Below are positions 8,480 through 18,405 of a stretch of DNA of 64,000 bases, in pieces. The notes below the pieces were generated by a model. That model searched no databases. It had not been told where the DNA came from and saw only the letters and a program-made list of their open reading frames with translations. Made by a program: the position numbers and the translations under genes. Source of the DNA: a virus (taxonomy: Duplodnaviria > Caudoviricetes); the IMG/VR virus record IMGVR_UViG_2675903375_000003, positions 1 to 64,000 of that record. One strand, 5' to 3'. The first letter of the stretch is position 1. Each line of letters begins with the position of its first letter.

Positions 8480-10372
8480 GTGGGCCTGAAAAGTCTGGTC
8501 ATCGACGCCTGGTCGTGGCTGAACTACAAGCCGCTGTTCAGCGACAACCTCGGCGTCCCCCACCGCCGCGCCTTCCCCGAGGCGTACGCCTCCTGGGTCC
8601 CGGCCACCGACGAACGCCGCCTGGCCGCCTACAAACTCCTCGCCGCCTACGACAACAACCAGGCCGGTGAACTCGCCGAGATCCGCGACGGCGAATCCGC
8701 CCGTGAACGCCGCGAGTACGGCGACCCGTCCATGTTCGTCGACACCCTCGTCGCGCACGTCCTGGGCCGGGAGCAGCGCATCACCGTGCCCGGCGCCGAA
8801 CACGCCACCAACGGCACCCGTGACCCGGAAGCCGCGATGGCGGAACGAGTACAGGACCTGCTGCGGGAGTGGGCCGACGAGGAACTCCTGCCCCTGCGCA
8901 TGCTGCAGGCCGAACGGAAAGCCGTCGGGCTCGGCGACGGCATCATGCACCTGTGGTGGGACCCGGAGAAGCAGCGCCCCCGCGTCACCACCTACGACCC
9001 CGGCTTCTACTACCCCGTCCTCGGTGAGGACGCCGACGGCGGCGACTTCCCCACCCGCGTCCACCTCGGCTGGGAACTCGCCGAGGACAAGAAGCGTGGC
9101 CTGCCCGCCCGTCTGCGGCGGATCACGTTCGAACTCGACTGGATCCGCCCGGCCACCGGCAGCGGCGTCGACCGCACCGGCCGGCCCGTCCGCGCCCCCC
9201 TCATGTCCGAACCCGACGACGGCACCCCCTCAGCTCCCCTCCTCGGCACCGGCGACCAGACGGACGCCTCCGGCGCCATCACCCGCCTCTACCCCTGGTC
9301 CGAACAGCCGTCCTACAAAACGTGCTACCTCACCGACGCCACCTGGGACCTCGGCGACCTCAAGGGCGGCGTCGACATCGACAGCCTCCCCATGGACCAC
9401 GCCCGGTTCGCCACCAACAGCCAAGGTGAAGTCCTCGACCACCTCGACCTCTACCAGGATTTCATCAGCCTCATCCACATCCCCAACACCGTCCCCGCCG
9501 CTGGCGAGCACTGGGGCCAGTCCAGCCTCGCCAAAGCCCTGCAGGCGTTCGACGAACTCGCCGCCTCCGACACCGACTCCGCCCGCGCCTCCGCCACCAC
9601 CGGCCTGCCCATGGTCGGGATCTCCGGCGTCGCCGACCCCAAGCGGCAGTTCTCGGTCGGCCCCGGGCAGGTGTTCGTGATGGGGGAGGGCGGCCGCCTC
9701 ACCACCGTCGACACCAGCGCCGCCCTCAGGGAGCTCCGGGACCACGGCCACGACCTCGCCGACCGGGCCGCCAACGTCGTCCGCCTCCCCGCCGTGTCCC
9801 TGGGCACCATGGACCCCTCCAAAGTCCCCTCCGGCTACGCCCTCGAGCTGTCCCTGGGCCCGCTGGACTCCCTCATCTCCGGCATGCGGCTGGCCCGCGA
9901 CCACGCCGACCGGCTCCTGCCCAAGTTCGTACAGCGCCTGTTCCTTGCCGGGCAGCACCCCGACTGGGCCGGAATCACCCCGCTGCCCGCGAAACTCACC
10001 CGCGGCCCCTACACCCCCACCGACAAGGCCGCCGTCCTCGAGCAGGTCACCACCGCCTACCAGGGCAAGGTGATCAGCCTGGAGACCGCCGTACGGATGC
10101 TGATGGACGCGGGCTGGCCCATCGAGGACGCCGAGCAGGAGATCCAGCAGATCCAGTCCCGCTCCTTCGAGGAAGCCCGCATGCTCGCCGACGCCCTCGG
10201 CAACCCCGACGAGGTCGCCGGCTACCTCGGCCGCGAAGCCCCCGACGAACCCGAACCCCCCGCCCCCGTCCTCCCCCCGAGCGCCGATCCGAACGCTGCC
10301 GCAGACCCCGCGGCCACCGGAGCCGCAGGCGTGCCGGGAGGGAACCAGGGGAGCGGGGGGAACACCCCCTGA
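8480..10372 (+). CDS. Portal protein
   Basis: About 630 aa ORF directly after terL; GQSSL and SGYALEL-type portal segments; GTG at 8480 follows GAAGGA. Confidence 0.8.
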   Translation: MGLKSLVIDAWSWLNYKPLFSDNLGVPHRRAFPEAYASWVPATDERRLAAYKLLAAYDNNQAGELAEIRDGESARERREYGDPSMFVDTLVAHVLGREQRITVPGAEHATNGTRDPEAAMAERVQDLLREWADEELLPLRMLQAERKAVGLGDGIMHLWWDPEKQRPRVTTYDPGFYYPVLGEDADGGDFPTRVHLGWELAEDKKRGLPARLRRITFELDWIRPATGSGVDRTGRPVRAPLMSEPDDGTPSAPLLGTGDQTDASGAITRLYPWSEQPSYKTCYLTDATWDLGDLKGGVDIDSLPMDHARFATNSQGEVLDHLDLYQDFISLIHIPNTVPAAGEHWGQSSLAKALQAFDELAASDTDSARASATTGLPMVGISGVADPKRQFSVGPGQVFVMGEGGRLTTVDTSAALRELRDHGHDLADRAANVVRLPAVSLGTMDPSKVPSGYALELSLGPLDSLISGMRLARDHADRLLPKFVQRLFLAGQHPDWAGITPLPAKLTRGPYTPTDKAAVLEQVTTAYQGKVISLETAVRMLMDAGWPIEDAEQEIQQIQSRSFEEARMLADALGNPDEVAGYLGREAPDEPEPPAPVLPPSADPNAAADPAATGAAGVPGGNQGSGGNTP

Positions 10373-10435
10373 CTTTTATGCTGTCCTTGATCTAGGCGTG
10401 GGGCCTTGTAGACGGAGTCTGGGAGGACTTCCCTC

Positions 10436-11182
10436 ATGACCGACGGCGCCCCCGCCCTCAACCCCGGCCAGCAGCCGGCCGTGCCGACGCCCGGCGACCT
10501 CGCGCGCGCCGGACAGCAGCAGAACCCGCCCGCACCCGTCCTTCCCCCGGCCGGGCCGCAGGCACTCCTCGACACCACCACCGGCCTGCCGATGACGCAG
10601 GACCGGTTCACCACCATCATGACCAGGGAAAACGGCAAGGGACGCCTCAAGGTCCTCAAGGAACTCTGCGAAGCCGCCGGCCTCCCCTTCGACCACGAGC
10701 GCACCGACGTCGCCCAGCTCACCCAGGTCCTCAAGGACGCCGAGGAAGCCCGCAAGGCGCAGCTCAGCGACGACCAGCGCCGCACCCAGGAGATCGAGGC
10801 CCGCGAACAGGCCCTCGCCGACCGGGAAGCCCAGGCCCGCCAGCGGGAAGCCGACGCCGCCCGCCGGGACCGGGAGACCCGCATCCGGGCCGCCCTCGTC
10901 ACCCTCGGCGCCACCGGCGACGACCTCAACGACGCCGTCCTCCTCATGAACGTCCCCGACGAAGCCACCGACGAGCAGATCACCCAGGCCGCCACCCAGC
11001 TGAAGGAACGCCGCGGCGTCCTCTTCGGCACCGCAGCGCCGCAGACCCTCCCCCCGGCCCCCTCCGGAGGCCCGGCCGGCGGCGGCACCCCCCGGCCCCA
11101 GGCCAACAGCAAGGACGCCGTCAAGGAATCCGCGCTGGCCCGCGCCCGCGCCATGGGACTGCGCAACGACGACGCAGCCTGA
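10436..11182 (+). CDS. Capsid scaffolding protein
   Basis: Coiled-coil protein with Pro/Gly-rich tail between portal and capsid genes. Confidence 0.7.
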   Translation: MTDGAPALNPGQQPAVPTPGDLARAGQQQNPPAPVLPPAGPQALLDTTTGLPMTQDRFTTIMTRENGKGRLKVLKELCEAAGLPFDHERTDVAQLTQVLKDAEEARKAQLSDDQRRTQEIEAREQALADREAQARQREADAARRDRETRIRAALVTLGATGDDLNDAVLLMNVPDEATDEQITQAATQLKERRGVLFGTAAPQTLPPAPSGGPAGGGTPRPQANSKDAVKESALARARAMGLRNDDAA

Positions 11183-11293
11183 CCCCCTTTCCGGGGCACC
11201 ACCAGCTCAGGGACCACGCCCTAACCCCCGTGGACGGCGCCAGGCAGACGCCCTCACACGAACACCCGCGTACATCGCGAAAGGGGCTACGGC

Positions 11294-12028
11294 GTGGACA
11301 TCCAGCCGTACACCAGCACCGAGACGCTCGCTGTCGGCCGCCCGTGGCTCATGAGCATGCTCGGTATCGAAGCCAACCAGACCGTCACCCTCGACCTCAC
11401 CGCGTTCACCGAGGACCTCCACTGGACGGAGGCGTCCAAGTACCAGAAGGAGCGGACGCTGAAGTCCGGCATCCCGCTCGCTCAGATGACCGCGTCCAAG
11501 CTGTTCGTGCCGTACAAGGCCGTCACCAACGAGGTCCAGACCCTCACCGTCACCGGCGCGCCGACCGGCGGCACGTTCACCATCACCTGGTCCGGTCAGA
11601 CCACCGCCGCGATCGCCTACAACGCCACCGCCGCGCAGGTCCAGACCGCACTGGAGGCCCTGTCGAACATCGCGCCCGGCGACGTCGTCGTCACCGGCAG
11701 CGCGGGCGGACCCTGGACGCTGACCTGGGGCGGCGCGCAGCTCGGCGAGAACGTGGCCGCGCCGACCACCACCGAGTCGTTCACCGGCGGCACCAGCCCG
11801 GACATCACCATCGCCACCACCACCGCCGGCGGCGCCGCGGCCACCGCCGACGGCTCGGACGTGTTCGCCGGGTTCCTGTTCACCGAGGTGTCCTACTACC
11901 CGGACACCACCAAGGTCGGCGCACCGCTCATGGTCCACGGGCAGATCGACCCGTCCCAGCTGCCCGTCGCGTTCGACCCCACCGACGTCCCTGACGGCTC
12001 CAACAAGAGCTTCGTCTACAAGGTCTGA
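11294..12028 (+). CDS. Head decoration protein with inserted Thr/Gly-rich beta domain
   Basis: Position before the capsid gene; LKSGIPLA...AGFLF...HGQID decoration-like frame interrupted by an EVQT...GG domain. Confidence 0.7.
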   Translation: MDIQPYTSTETLAVGRPWLMSMLGIEANQTVTLDLTAFTEDLHWTEASKYQKERTLKSGIPLAQMTASKLFVPYKAVTNEVQTLTVTGAPTGGTFTITWSGQTTAAIAYNATAAQVQTALEALSNIAPGDVVVTGSAGGPWTLTWGGAQLGENVAAPTTTESFTGGTSPDITIATTTAGGAAATADGSDVFAGFLFTEVSYYPDTTKVGAPLMVHGQIDPSQLPVAFDPTDVPDGSNKSFVYKV

Positions 12029-12044
12029 TCAGGAGAACTGAGCC

Positions 12045-13106
12045 ATGCCGAACGACATGCTGGAAGTCCTCCTGCGGGACATCAACCCCACCGAGATCAA
12101 CGCGTTCGTCCGGGCCATCCAGACCCGCGCCGACTACGAACTGACCCGCTCCGTCATCCCCGAGCGCAGCGTCAACTCGGTCAAGTGGCAGGTCCGCGGC
12201 ACCCGCCGCCGGGTCGCCGCCGCCTCCTACCGCGCGTGGGACGCCCAGACGAAGGTCGCCACCCGCGAGATCACCCGCTGGGTCACCGAGGGCAAGCTGC
12301 TCCCCCTCGGACAGAAGTACATCGTGGGCGAGCTGGAGACCATCCTCCAGAACGTGCAGCGCGGCATGGACGGCGACGACCTCGTCCAGGCCATCTACGA
12401 CGACGTCGCCGCGCACGTCGAGTCGATCCACTCCCGCATGGAACTCGCCGCCGGCGACATCCTCGTCGACGGCAAGTTCACCCTCACCGGCGAGAACGGC
12501 CTCACCATCGAGGCCGACCACAAGGTGCCCGCCGGGAACATGCCGACCGCCGCCGTGGCCTGGACGAATCCGGCCGCGGACATGCTCGGCGACGAACTGA
12601 AGTGGATCGAGTACCTGCGGTCCATCGGAGCACCCCGCCCCACCCGGGCGCTCACCTCGTACAAGGCCAAGGCGCTCGCCATGGCCAACGACTCCTACCG
12701 GGCCGCGTACTACCAGTCCGTCAGCCCCAGCGCCACACCCACCGCGGTGCTGTCCCCGGCGGACGTGGACACCGTCCGCGCCCGCTACAACCTGCCGCCC
12801 ATCGTCGACTACGACGTCAACATCGACCTCGACGACGGAACGCAGAAGCGGCCGCTGCCGGAGAACATGTTCTTCCTCCTCCCGCCCGACCCGCGCCAGA
12901 TGGGCGAGACCCAGTACGGGCTCACCGCCGAAGGCATCGTCCTGTCCTCGGGCGGCAACCCGTCCATCGAGCGGGAGGAAGCCCCCGGCATCATCGTCAC
13001 CACCGGCTACCAGGACGACCCCGTCCAGGTGTGGTCGAAGGGTGCCGCCGCCGCACTGCCGGTGATGTACACCCCCGACATCCACATCGCTGCGACGGTG
13101 TGGTGA
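12045..13106 (+). CDS. Major capsid protein (lambda gpE-like)
   Basis: 353 aa; synteny; RMELAAGDIL and C-terminal ALPV motifs. Confidence 0.85.
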   Translation: MPNDMLEVLLRDINPTEINAFVRAIQTRADYELTRSVIPERSVNSVKWQVRGTRRRVAAASYRAWDAQTKVATREITRWVTEGKLLPLGQKYIVGELETILQNVQRGMDGDDLVQAIYDDVAAHVESIHSRMELAAGDILVDGKFTLTGENGLTIEADHKVPAGNMPTAAVAWTNPAADMLGDELKWIEYLRSIGAPRPTRALTSYKAKALAMANDSYRAAYYQSVSPSATPTAVLSPADVDTVRARYNLPPIVDYDVNIDLDDGTQKRPLPENMFFLLPPDPRQMGETQYGLTAEGIVLSSGGNPSIEREEAPGIIVTTGYQDDPVQVWSKGAAAALPVMYTPDIHIAATVW

Positions 13107-13109
13107 CTG

Positions 13110-13496
13110 ATGGCAGCCCAGCTCGCAGCGACGGTGTACGTGACGGACCCCGACACGCACCAGACGACCGTCCTGGCCCAGGGCACCAGCCCGGAGTCGC
13201 GCCTGGCCGCCCTGGTGACGAACCCGGCCGCCTGGGTCGACGGGGAACTTCCCCGCCGGCCCAAGGCGACCGCGCAGAACAGGCCGAAGGACAAGGACGA
13301 GCAGGGCGGGGACCCTACCGGCGACGGCCCGGACGACGCCTCTGGCGCCGGCTCCGACGCCGATAGCCAGCCCACCCTCGACCAGTCCACCGAACCGGCC
13401 GCACCCGCGGCCAAGAAGACGGCCGCCGCCAAGACGGCGGCCCGCAAGCCGGCCCGGGGCCGGGACGCTGCCGACCAGGGCGACGGCGGCGCGTAA
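13110..13496 (+). CDS. Hypothetical virion protein with PAAKK-rich tail
   Basis: ORF directly after the capsid gene. Confidence 0.6.
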   Translation: MAAQLAATVYVTDPDTHQTTVLAQGTSPESRLAALVTNPAAWVDGELPRRPKATAQNRPKDKDEQGGDPTGDGPDDASGAGSDADSQPTLDQSTEPAAPAAKKTAAAKTAARKPARGRDAADQGDGGA

Positions 13497-13499
13497 GAC

Positions 13500-13552
13500 G
13501 GTGTGCGGGCCCGCCCCCGTGGTGGGGGCGCCAACAGGCGGGCCCGCACACC
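13500..13552 (+). terminator. 16-bp stem-loop after the capsid genes (terminator or mRNA stabiliser)
   Basis: GGTGTGCGGGCCCGCC ... GGCGGGCCCGCACACC perfect inverted repeat. Confidence 0.6.
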
Positions 13553-13595
13553 GCCCTCCCCTGCTCCTGCCCCCACACCCGGGAGGACCCCCACC

Positions 13596-13940
13596 ATGGC
13601 CCTCGACCTCAGCGTCCAGGCATGGCTGCTCGCCGAACTCGGCACCGCCACCAGCCTCACCGACCTCGAAACCCGCTACACCCGCCTCGGCACCGCCCGA
13701 GCCGTAGCCCTCGAAGTCCTCCGTGAACGCCGGGCCGCACTCATCCAGCAGCCCACCACCGTCAGCGTCTCCAGCGTCGTCTCCGTCACCACCAGCGAAA
13801 ACATCAAGGCCCTCGAACGGCAGATCGCCGCTCTCCAGTCCGGAACCCCGGCCGCACCCGACGAACCCGACGCCCCCACCGACAACGACGGCCTGGCCGC
13901 CCTCGGCGTGATCCAGCTGATCGAACGGCCCCGCCGATGA
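13596..13940 (+). CDS. Putative head-tail connector
   Basis: GGAGG RBS; size and synteny. Confidence 0.55.
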   Translation: MALDLSVQAWLLAELGTATSLTDLETRYTRLGTARAVALEVLRERRAALIQQPTTVSVSSVVSVTTSENIKALERQIAALQSGTPAAPDEPDAPTDNDGLAALGVIQLIERPRR

Positions 13941-14800
13941 CGACCTCCATCGAACGCACCGTCGAAGGCCGCGAGGAACTCCACGCCCTCATCGCCGCCG
14001 CAGTCGCCCAACTGGTACGCGAATGGAAGCGGCTCACCACAGCCCAGGACACCCTCCTGCACGCCGTGGAAACGATCCGGCCCGGGCCCGGCGCCACCGC
14101 CGGCATCCACACCGCCGTCCGCGACTTCAACGCCCAGGTCGCCGAGTTCGACCGGAACGCCCGCGCCTTCACCGAACGGTGGGCCGCCCAGGACCTGCCC
14201 GTCGCCTACCGCGACGGCGCCCTGCGCGCCCTCGAGCGGGCCGGCGCCACCACCACCCTGTTCCAGTGGACCGCCAACCACCAGAGCGCCATCACCGTCC
14301 TCACCGCCACCTTCTACGCCGACCTCATCCACCGCGTCCAGCAGGCCGTACGCCGCGCCCAGATGTTCCTGCGCGACACCCAGGCCGCGGCCCGCCGCGT
14401 CGCAGCAGGCAGCCAGCACTCCGGCATCGACCCCGCCCGCCTGACCGCCGACCACCCGCTGTCCACCGTCATCTACGCCAACAACGCCCGGCACCCGGTC
14501 CGATCCTGGGCGTCCTCCGCCCTGGGCTGGCAGGCGGTCCTCACCGCCAACACCGCGGCCATCAACACCGGCCGCCTGGAACTGGACTGCCAGTGGATGC
14601 AGGCCCGAGACGGCGACGAGTGCGGATTCCGCGGCCACGAGGACACCGACCACGCCGACGGCAGCATCCGCTCCGTCGACGACGCACTCGCCTTCCCCAC
14701 CGCCCACTTCGGCTGCGTACGCGAGTGGATCCCCCGCCCCGACCTGAACACCACCCGCGGCCTCGTCTCCGGCGACCGCGCCCCAGGAGCGCCCCTATGA
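13937..14800 (+). CDS. Minor capsid / MuF-like head morphogenesis protein
   Basis: C-terminal C...AHFGCVR motif resembling MuF HPxCR. Confidence 0.6.
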   Translation: MTTSIERTVEGREELHALIAAAVAQLVREWKRLTTAQDTLLHAVETIRPGPGATAGIHTAVRDFNAQVAEFDRNARAFTERWAAQDLPVAYRDGALRALERAGATTTLFQWTANHQSAITVLTATFYADLIHRVQQAVRRAQMFLRDTQAAARRVAAGSQHSGIDPARLTADHPLSTVIYANNARHPVRSWASSALGWQAVLTANTAAINTGRLELDCQWMQARDGDECGFRGHEDTDHADGSIRSVDDALAFPTAHFGCVREWIPRPDLNTTRGLVSGDRAPGAPL

Positions 14801-15168
14801 CCGGCCCCGACGCCCAGACCGTGCACCCCGGCCACGGCATCCCGCCCAGCGAGCAGCGCCTGCGCATCAACGCCTGGCTGGAGGCCAACGGCATCGACCC
14901 GGCGAAGGTCGTCTCCACCCGCCCCATCTACGTCCTCGCCCTGCCCACCGGGATCATCAACGGCGGCGTGCCCTGGCTCCTCGACGTCATCGTCTTCCAC
15001 CAGTTCTTCGAAGATCCGTCCGGGGCCCGGGAGCAGAACTTCATCACCCGGGATGCGGTGATGTTCCAGCGCACCGTTCCACTGCGCGTGCCGTTCCAGA
15101 TCAGCCCCACGGTGGCCGACGAAGAGGAACCCTCGGAGAAGCCGGAAGACGAAGCGGGTAAGGCGTGA
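14797..15168 (+). CDS. Hypothetical protein
   Basis: ATGA overlap with the upstream gene. Confidence 0.55.
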   Translation: MTGPDAQTVHPGHGIPPSEQRLRINAWLEANGIDPAKVVSTRPIYVLALPTGIINGGVPWLLDVIVFHQFFEDPSGAREQNFITRDAVMFQRTVPLRVPFQISPTVADEEEPSEKPEDEAGKA

Positions 15169-15473
15169 GCACGCCCAAGACCGCCCCGCCGACCGACTGG
15201 CCAGGACTAGAGATGGTCGGCATGACTCGGCTGACCGACGACATCTACTTCGGGTGGCTGGCCGAGGAGCCCAACCCCACGTTCTGGCACTGGTGCCGAT
15301 CCCTTGAGGGCGTGCCCGCAGACCGCAAGGTGCTCGACGGATGCTGGGTAGCCGCCAACACCAGCGACCACACCCTGCTCTCACGGGAACCGCTGCATCT
15401 CGAACCATCGCTGCTGTGGCGCTGCTGCGGTCTGCACGGATGGGTCCGCAACGGGCAATGGGAGGACGCCTGA
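15165..15473 (+). CDS. Small Cys/His protein (PSL..CC..HGW..G.W motif)
   Basis: GTGA-coupled ORF with a probable metal-binding motif. Confidence 0.55.
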   Translation: MSTPKTAPPTDWPGLEMVGMTRLTDDIYFGWLAEEPNPTFWHWCRSLEGVPADRKVLDGCWVAANTSDHTLLSREPLHLEPSLLWRCCGLHGWVRNGQWEDA

Positions 15474-15697
15474 TGCGGCTCACCCTGACGTCCGGAGAGA
15501 CAACCGTCGACCTGCGCACCGACCCGGGTGAGGCCGTGTCCCTGCGAGCCGCCGAGAACGCCGCGCTACGCCTGTTCAGGGCACTTCCGAAGGCATCCAC
15601 GGACGCCGATGAGGAGCAGCCCTTTGGGTTCTCCCTGTCGTCCGACACCGAACGCTCCCCAGAGCCCGCCCCCGTGGAGGACGAAGACGATGAGTGA
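15473..15697 (+). CDS. Hypothetical protein
   Basis: TGATG coupling, GGAGG RBS. Confidence 0.5.
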   Translation: MRLTLTSGETTVDLRTDPGEAVSLRAAENAALRLFRALPKASTDADEEQPFGFSLSSDTERSPEPAPVEDEDDE

Positions 15698-16079
15698 ACA
15701 TCCAGAGCACCCCCAAGCGCGCGGCGTACGCATCGACGCGCAGCCCGGCCACGCCACCATCGCCCTCGACGGCAACACCCTTCCCCAAGGCATCGTCACC
15801 GGATACGTCCTCGAGCACTCCATCGCCGACTCCCTGCCGATGCTGATCCTGCACACCCGGCAGAGCCGCGACGTGGCGTTCGAGGGCCTGGCCCGTGTCG
15901 CCGTCGCCGTGCAGCAAGACCCCGGACAGGCGGTCGCCGACTTCGTCCTCGGCCTGGACCCCGCCGCCGTGCAGCGTGCCGCCCTGGACCGCAGCGACCT
16001 GTCGGGCGGAAAGACGGAGATCACCGAGGCGATCCTGAAGCAGATCGCCGAATGGGCCACGGGAGGCGGTGGCCAGTGA
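15690..16079 (+). CDS. Hypothetical protein
   Basis: GGAGG RBS, overlapping operon arrangement. Confidence 0.55.
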   Translation: MSEHPEHPQARGVRIDAQPGHATIALDGNTLPQGIVTGYVLEHSIADSLPMLILHTRQSRDVAFEGLARVAVAVQQDPGQAVADFVLGLDPAAVQRAALDRSDLSGGKTEITEAILKQIAEWATGGGGQ

Positions 16080-16522
16080 CCGGGCTCGACGGCGCCCTCG
16101 CCGGGGTGAAGACGTGGATCGAAGAAAATCTCCTTGTCGACATTGTGCGGATCGAGCTGGCCGCCACCGGTGAACCCGTCCTCGACGAGGACACCGGCGA
16201 ACTCACCCGGCCCACCGGACAGATCCTCTACGAGGGCCCGGGAGCAGTACAGGGCGGCACCGCCCAGTCGGAGATCTCCGCGATCCCAGGTGCCCTCCAG
16301 CCGTGGACGCAGGAGACCAAATCCCGCTACCGGCTCCTCACACCGCTGGACGCGCCCGTCGCGCCGAAAGACGCCGTCGTCACCGTCCTGCAGGTCCACA
16401 ACCCGGCCAACACCGCGCTCATCGGCCGCACCTGGACCTGCCAGGACCCCAGCCGCGCCGGCACGGTGGAAGTCGTCCGGATCACCCCGCTGGACCAGAA
16501 CCAGCACGTGAGGCAGCCATGA
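16076..16522 (+). CDS. Head-closure protein (DUF6093-like)
   Basis: DEDTGE...LYEGPGAVQ motif; synteny. Confidence 0.65.
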   Translation: MTGLDGALAGVKTWIEENLLVDIVRIELAATGEPVLDEDTGELTRPTGQILYEGPGAVQGGTAQSEISAIPGALQPWTQETKSRYRLLTPLDAPVAPKDAVVTVLQVHNPANTALIGRTWTCQDPSRAGTVEVVRITPLDQNQHVRQP

Positions 16523-16905
16523 CCCCCGACGAACTCGCCGACAAACTGGACCACGCCGCCACCCGCATCGGGCCGGCCGTCGCCCGGGCCGTGCAGCACA
16601 CCGGAACGCTGGGGCAGGCCCGCATCCGCGGGAACGCCTCCGGCCGGCCCGGCCCGAACATCATCACCGGCGCCTACCGCAACTCCTGGCAGGCCGACAC
16701 CCGCCGCATCCCCTACGGAGCCATCTGCACCCTAGGCACCCGCGCCCCGCAAGGACGCCGCCTGGAGTTCGGGTTCACGGGCATCGACTCGCTGGGCCGC
16801 CACTACAACCAGCCGCCGTTCCCGCACGTGCAGCCCGCCCTGCCGTTCATCGAGCAGGCGCTGCGGTCGTCCATGCGTCTGGCAGTCGCGGAGATCCTGC
16901 TGTGA
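16519..16905 (+). CDS. HK97 gp10-like neck/tail completion protein
   Basis: TGAYRNSW, LEFG and PFPHVQPA motifs. Confidence 0.8.
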   Translation: MTPDELADKLDHAATRIGPAVARAVQHTGTLGQARIRGNASGRPGPNIITGAYRNSWQADTRRIPYGAICTLGTRAPQGRRLEFGFTGIDSLGRHYNQPPFPHVQPALPFIEQALRSSMRLAVAEILL

Positions 16906-17351
16906 TCGACTCCCGAGTGTTCACGAACGCCCTCATCGACCTCCTGGCCACCGCCTCCGGCAAGGAAGTCGGCCGCGGGCGGCACCCGGACGGCCAGCCC
17001 ACCCACTACTACATCGTGTACCGGGTCGACCGGCAGACCACCGGCGCCCCGCTCTCCGACCTCAACGAGGACGCCACCCTCGTCTACCAGGTCACCTGCG
17101 TGTCCGGGCCCGACCCGGACGATCCGGACTCCTACGGCACGCAAGCCCAGCTGGAGTGGCTCGAGGACACAGCCAGGAAGATCATCCTGGGTCGGGTTCC
17201 CGGCACCCGGCAGTGGCTGCACGCCCTCAACCCGCCCGGGATCAGAGTCATGAGCAGACGATCCGACGTCGAACCGGGGGGAACACCCGACCCGACCGAT
17301 GGAATCATGAGCAGTGCCAGCAGGTTCGCTTTCGACGTGAACAGCGCCTGA
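16902..17351 (+). CDS. Tail terminator protein
   Basis: YQVTCV motif; position before the tail tube gene. Confidence 0.6.
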   Translation: MIDSRVFTNALIDLLATASGKEVGRGRHPDGQPTHYYIVYRVDRQTTGAPLSDLNEDATLVYQVTCVSGPDPDDPDSYGTQAQLEWLEDTARKIILGRVPGTRQWLHALNPPGIRVMSRRSDVEPGGTPDPTDGIMSSASRFAFDVNSA

Positions 17352-17498
17352 CCCCCCGAGGGGGCAGGGCGTGCAGCGACCGCACCGCGGCGGGACCCCA
17401 CGCGGACGCCACCAGGCAGGTGGCCGAACCCATACACCTCCGTGTAAGGGGCCGGGCCCGCAGACGACGGGAGGCCCCGGGACCAAGGGGCCCACGCC

Positions 17499-18296
17499 AT
17501 GCCTGTCAAGAAGTACATGCGGCGCGGCACATCGAAGTTCTACTTCGTGCCGACGATCGCCGCCGAAAGCATGATCCCGACCCGTACCGAACTGAACGCC
17601 GGTACCGAGTTCTCCGAGTACATCGCCGCGATGGACGGGTGGACGGTCGCCAACCAGGAGATCGACACGCCGGACATGGCGGACACCTACGACTCCACCA
17701 TCCCCGGCTCCGACAAGGCCGACAGCTCCTCGTTCACGTTCTACGAGGACGAAGAAGACGCCGACATGGAGCAGACGTTCGCCAAGGGCACCAACGCCTA
17801 CGTCGTCATCCTCCGCAAGGGCGACATCCCCGGCAACAACTCCATGGACATCTTCCCCATCCGCGTCGCCTCCCAGTCCCCGCAGTACACCGCGGAGAAC
17901 GAGGCCGCCAAGTTCATGGCCACCTGCTCCATCACCTCCCGCCCCCTGCAGGGCGCCCCCGTCCCCGTGGCCGGCACCGACGAAGTCCAGACCGTCACCA
18001 TCACCGGCACTCCCACGGGCGGCACCTACACGCTCACCTTCTCCGGGCAGACCACCACCGGGATCGCCTACAACGCGACCGCGTCCGCAGTGCAGTCCGC
18101 GCTGGAGGCCCTGTCGAACATCGCGTCCGGTGACGTGGTGTGCGGCGGCGGCCCGCACCCCGGCACCCCGGTCACGGTCACCTTCGGCGGCGACTACGAC
18201 GGCGAGGACGTGCCGCAGATGACCGCCTCCGCCGCCGGCCTGACCGGCGGTACCAGCCCGGCCGTCACCGTCACCACCACCACGCCCGGCGGCTGA
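17499..18296 (+). CDS. Major tail (tube) protein with C-terminal accessory beta domain
   Basis: PTRTELNAG...IPG actinophage tube pattern; synteny. Confidence 0.8.
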   Translation: MPVKKYMRRGTSKFYFVPTIAAESMIPTRTELNAGTEFSEYIAAMDGWTVANQEIDTPDMADTYDSTIPGSDKADSSSFTFYEDEEDADMEQTFAKGTNAYVVILRKGDIPGNNSMDIFPIRVASQSPQYTAENEAAKFMATCSITSRPLQGAPVPVAGTDEVQTVTITGTPTGGTYTLTFSGQTTTGIAYNATASAVQSALEALSNIASGDVVCGGGPHPGTPVTVTFGGDYDGEDVPQMTASAAGLTGGTSPAVTVTTTTPGG

Positions 18297-18405
18297 CCCG
18301 CACAACCCCGCTTCCCCAGCTCCCGGCCGGACGCCGACCCGCGTTCGGGAAGGGACGCCGTGAGGCGTCCGGCCGGGTCCCTTCCCCTGACGGAGGACCA
18401 CCCCC

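Noticed and set aside
11531-18293. Diversity-generating retroelement template/variable repeat pair
   Set aside because: Differences between the two copies are not adenine-specific, both copies are coding, and no reverse transcriptase is present
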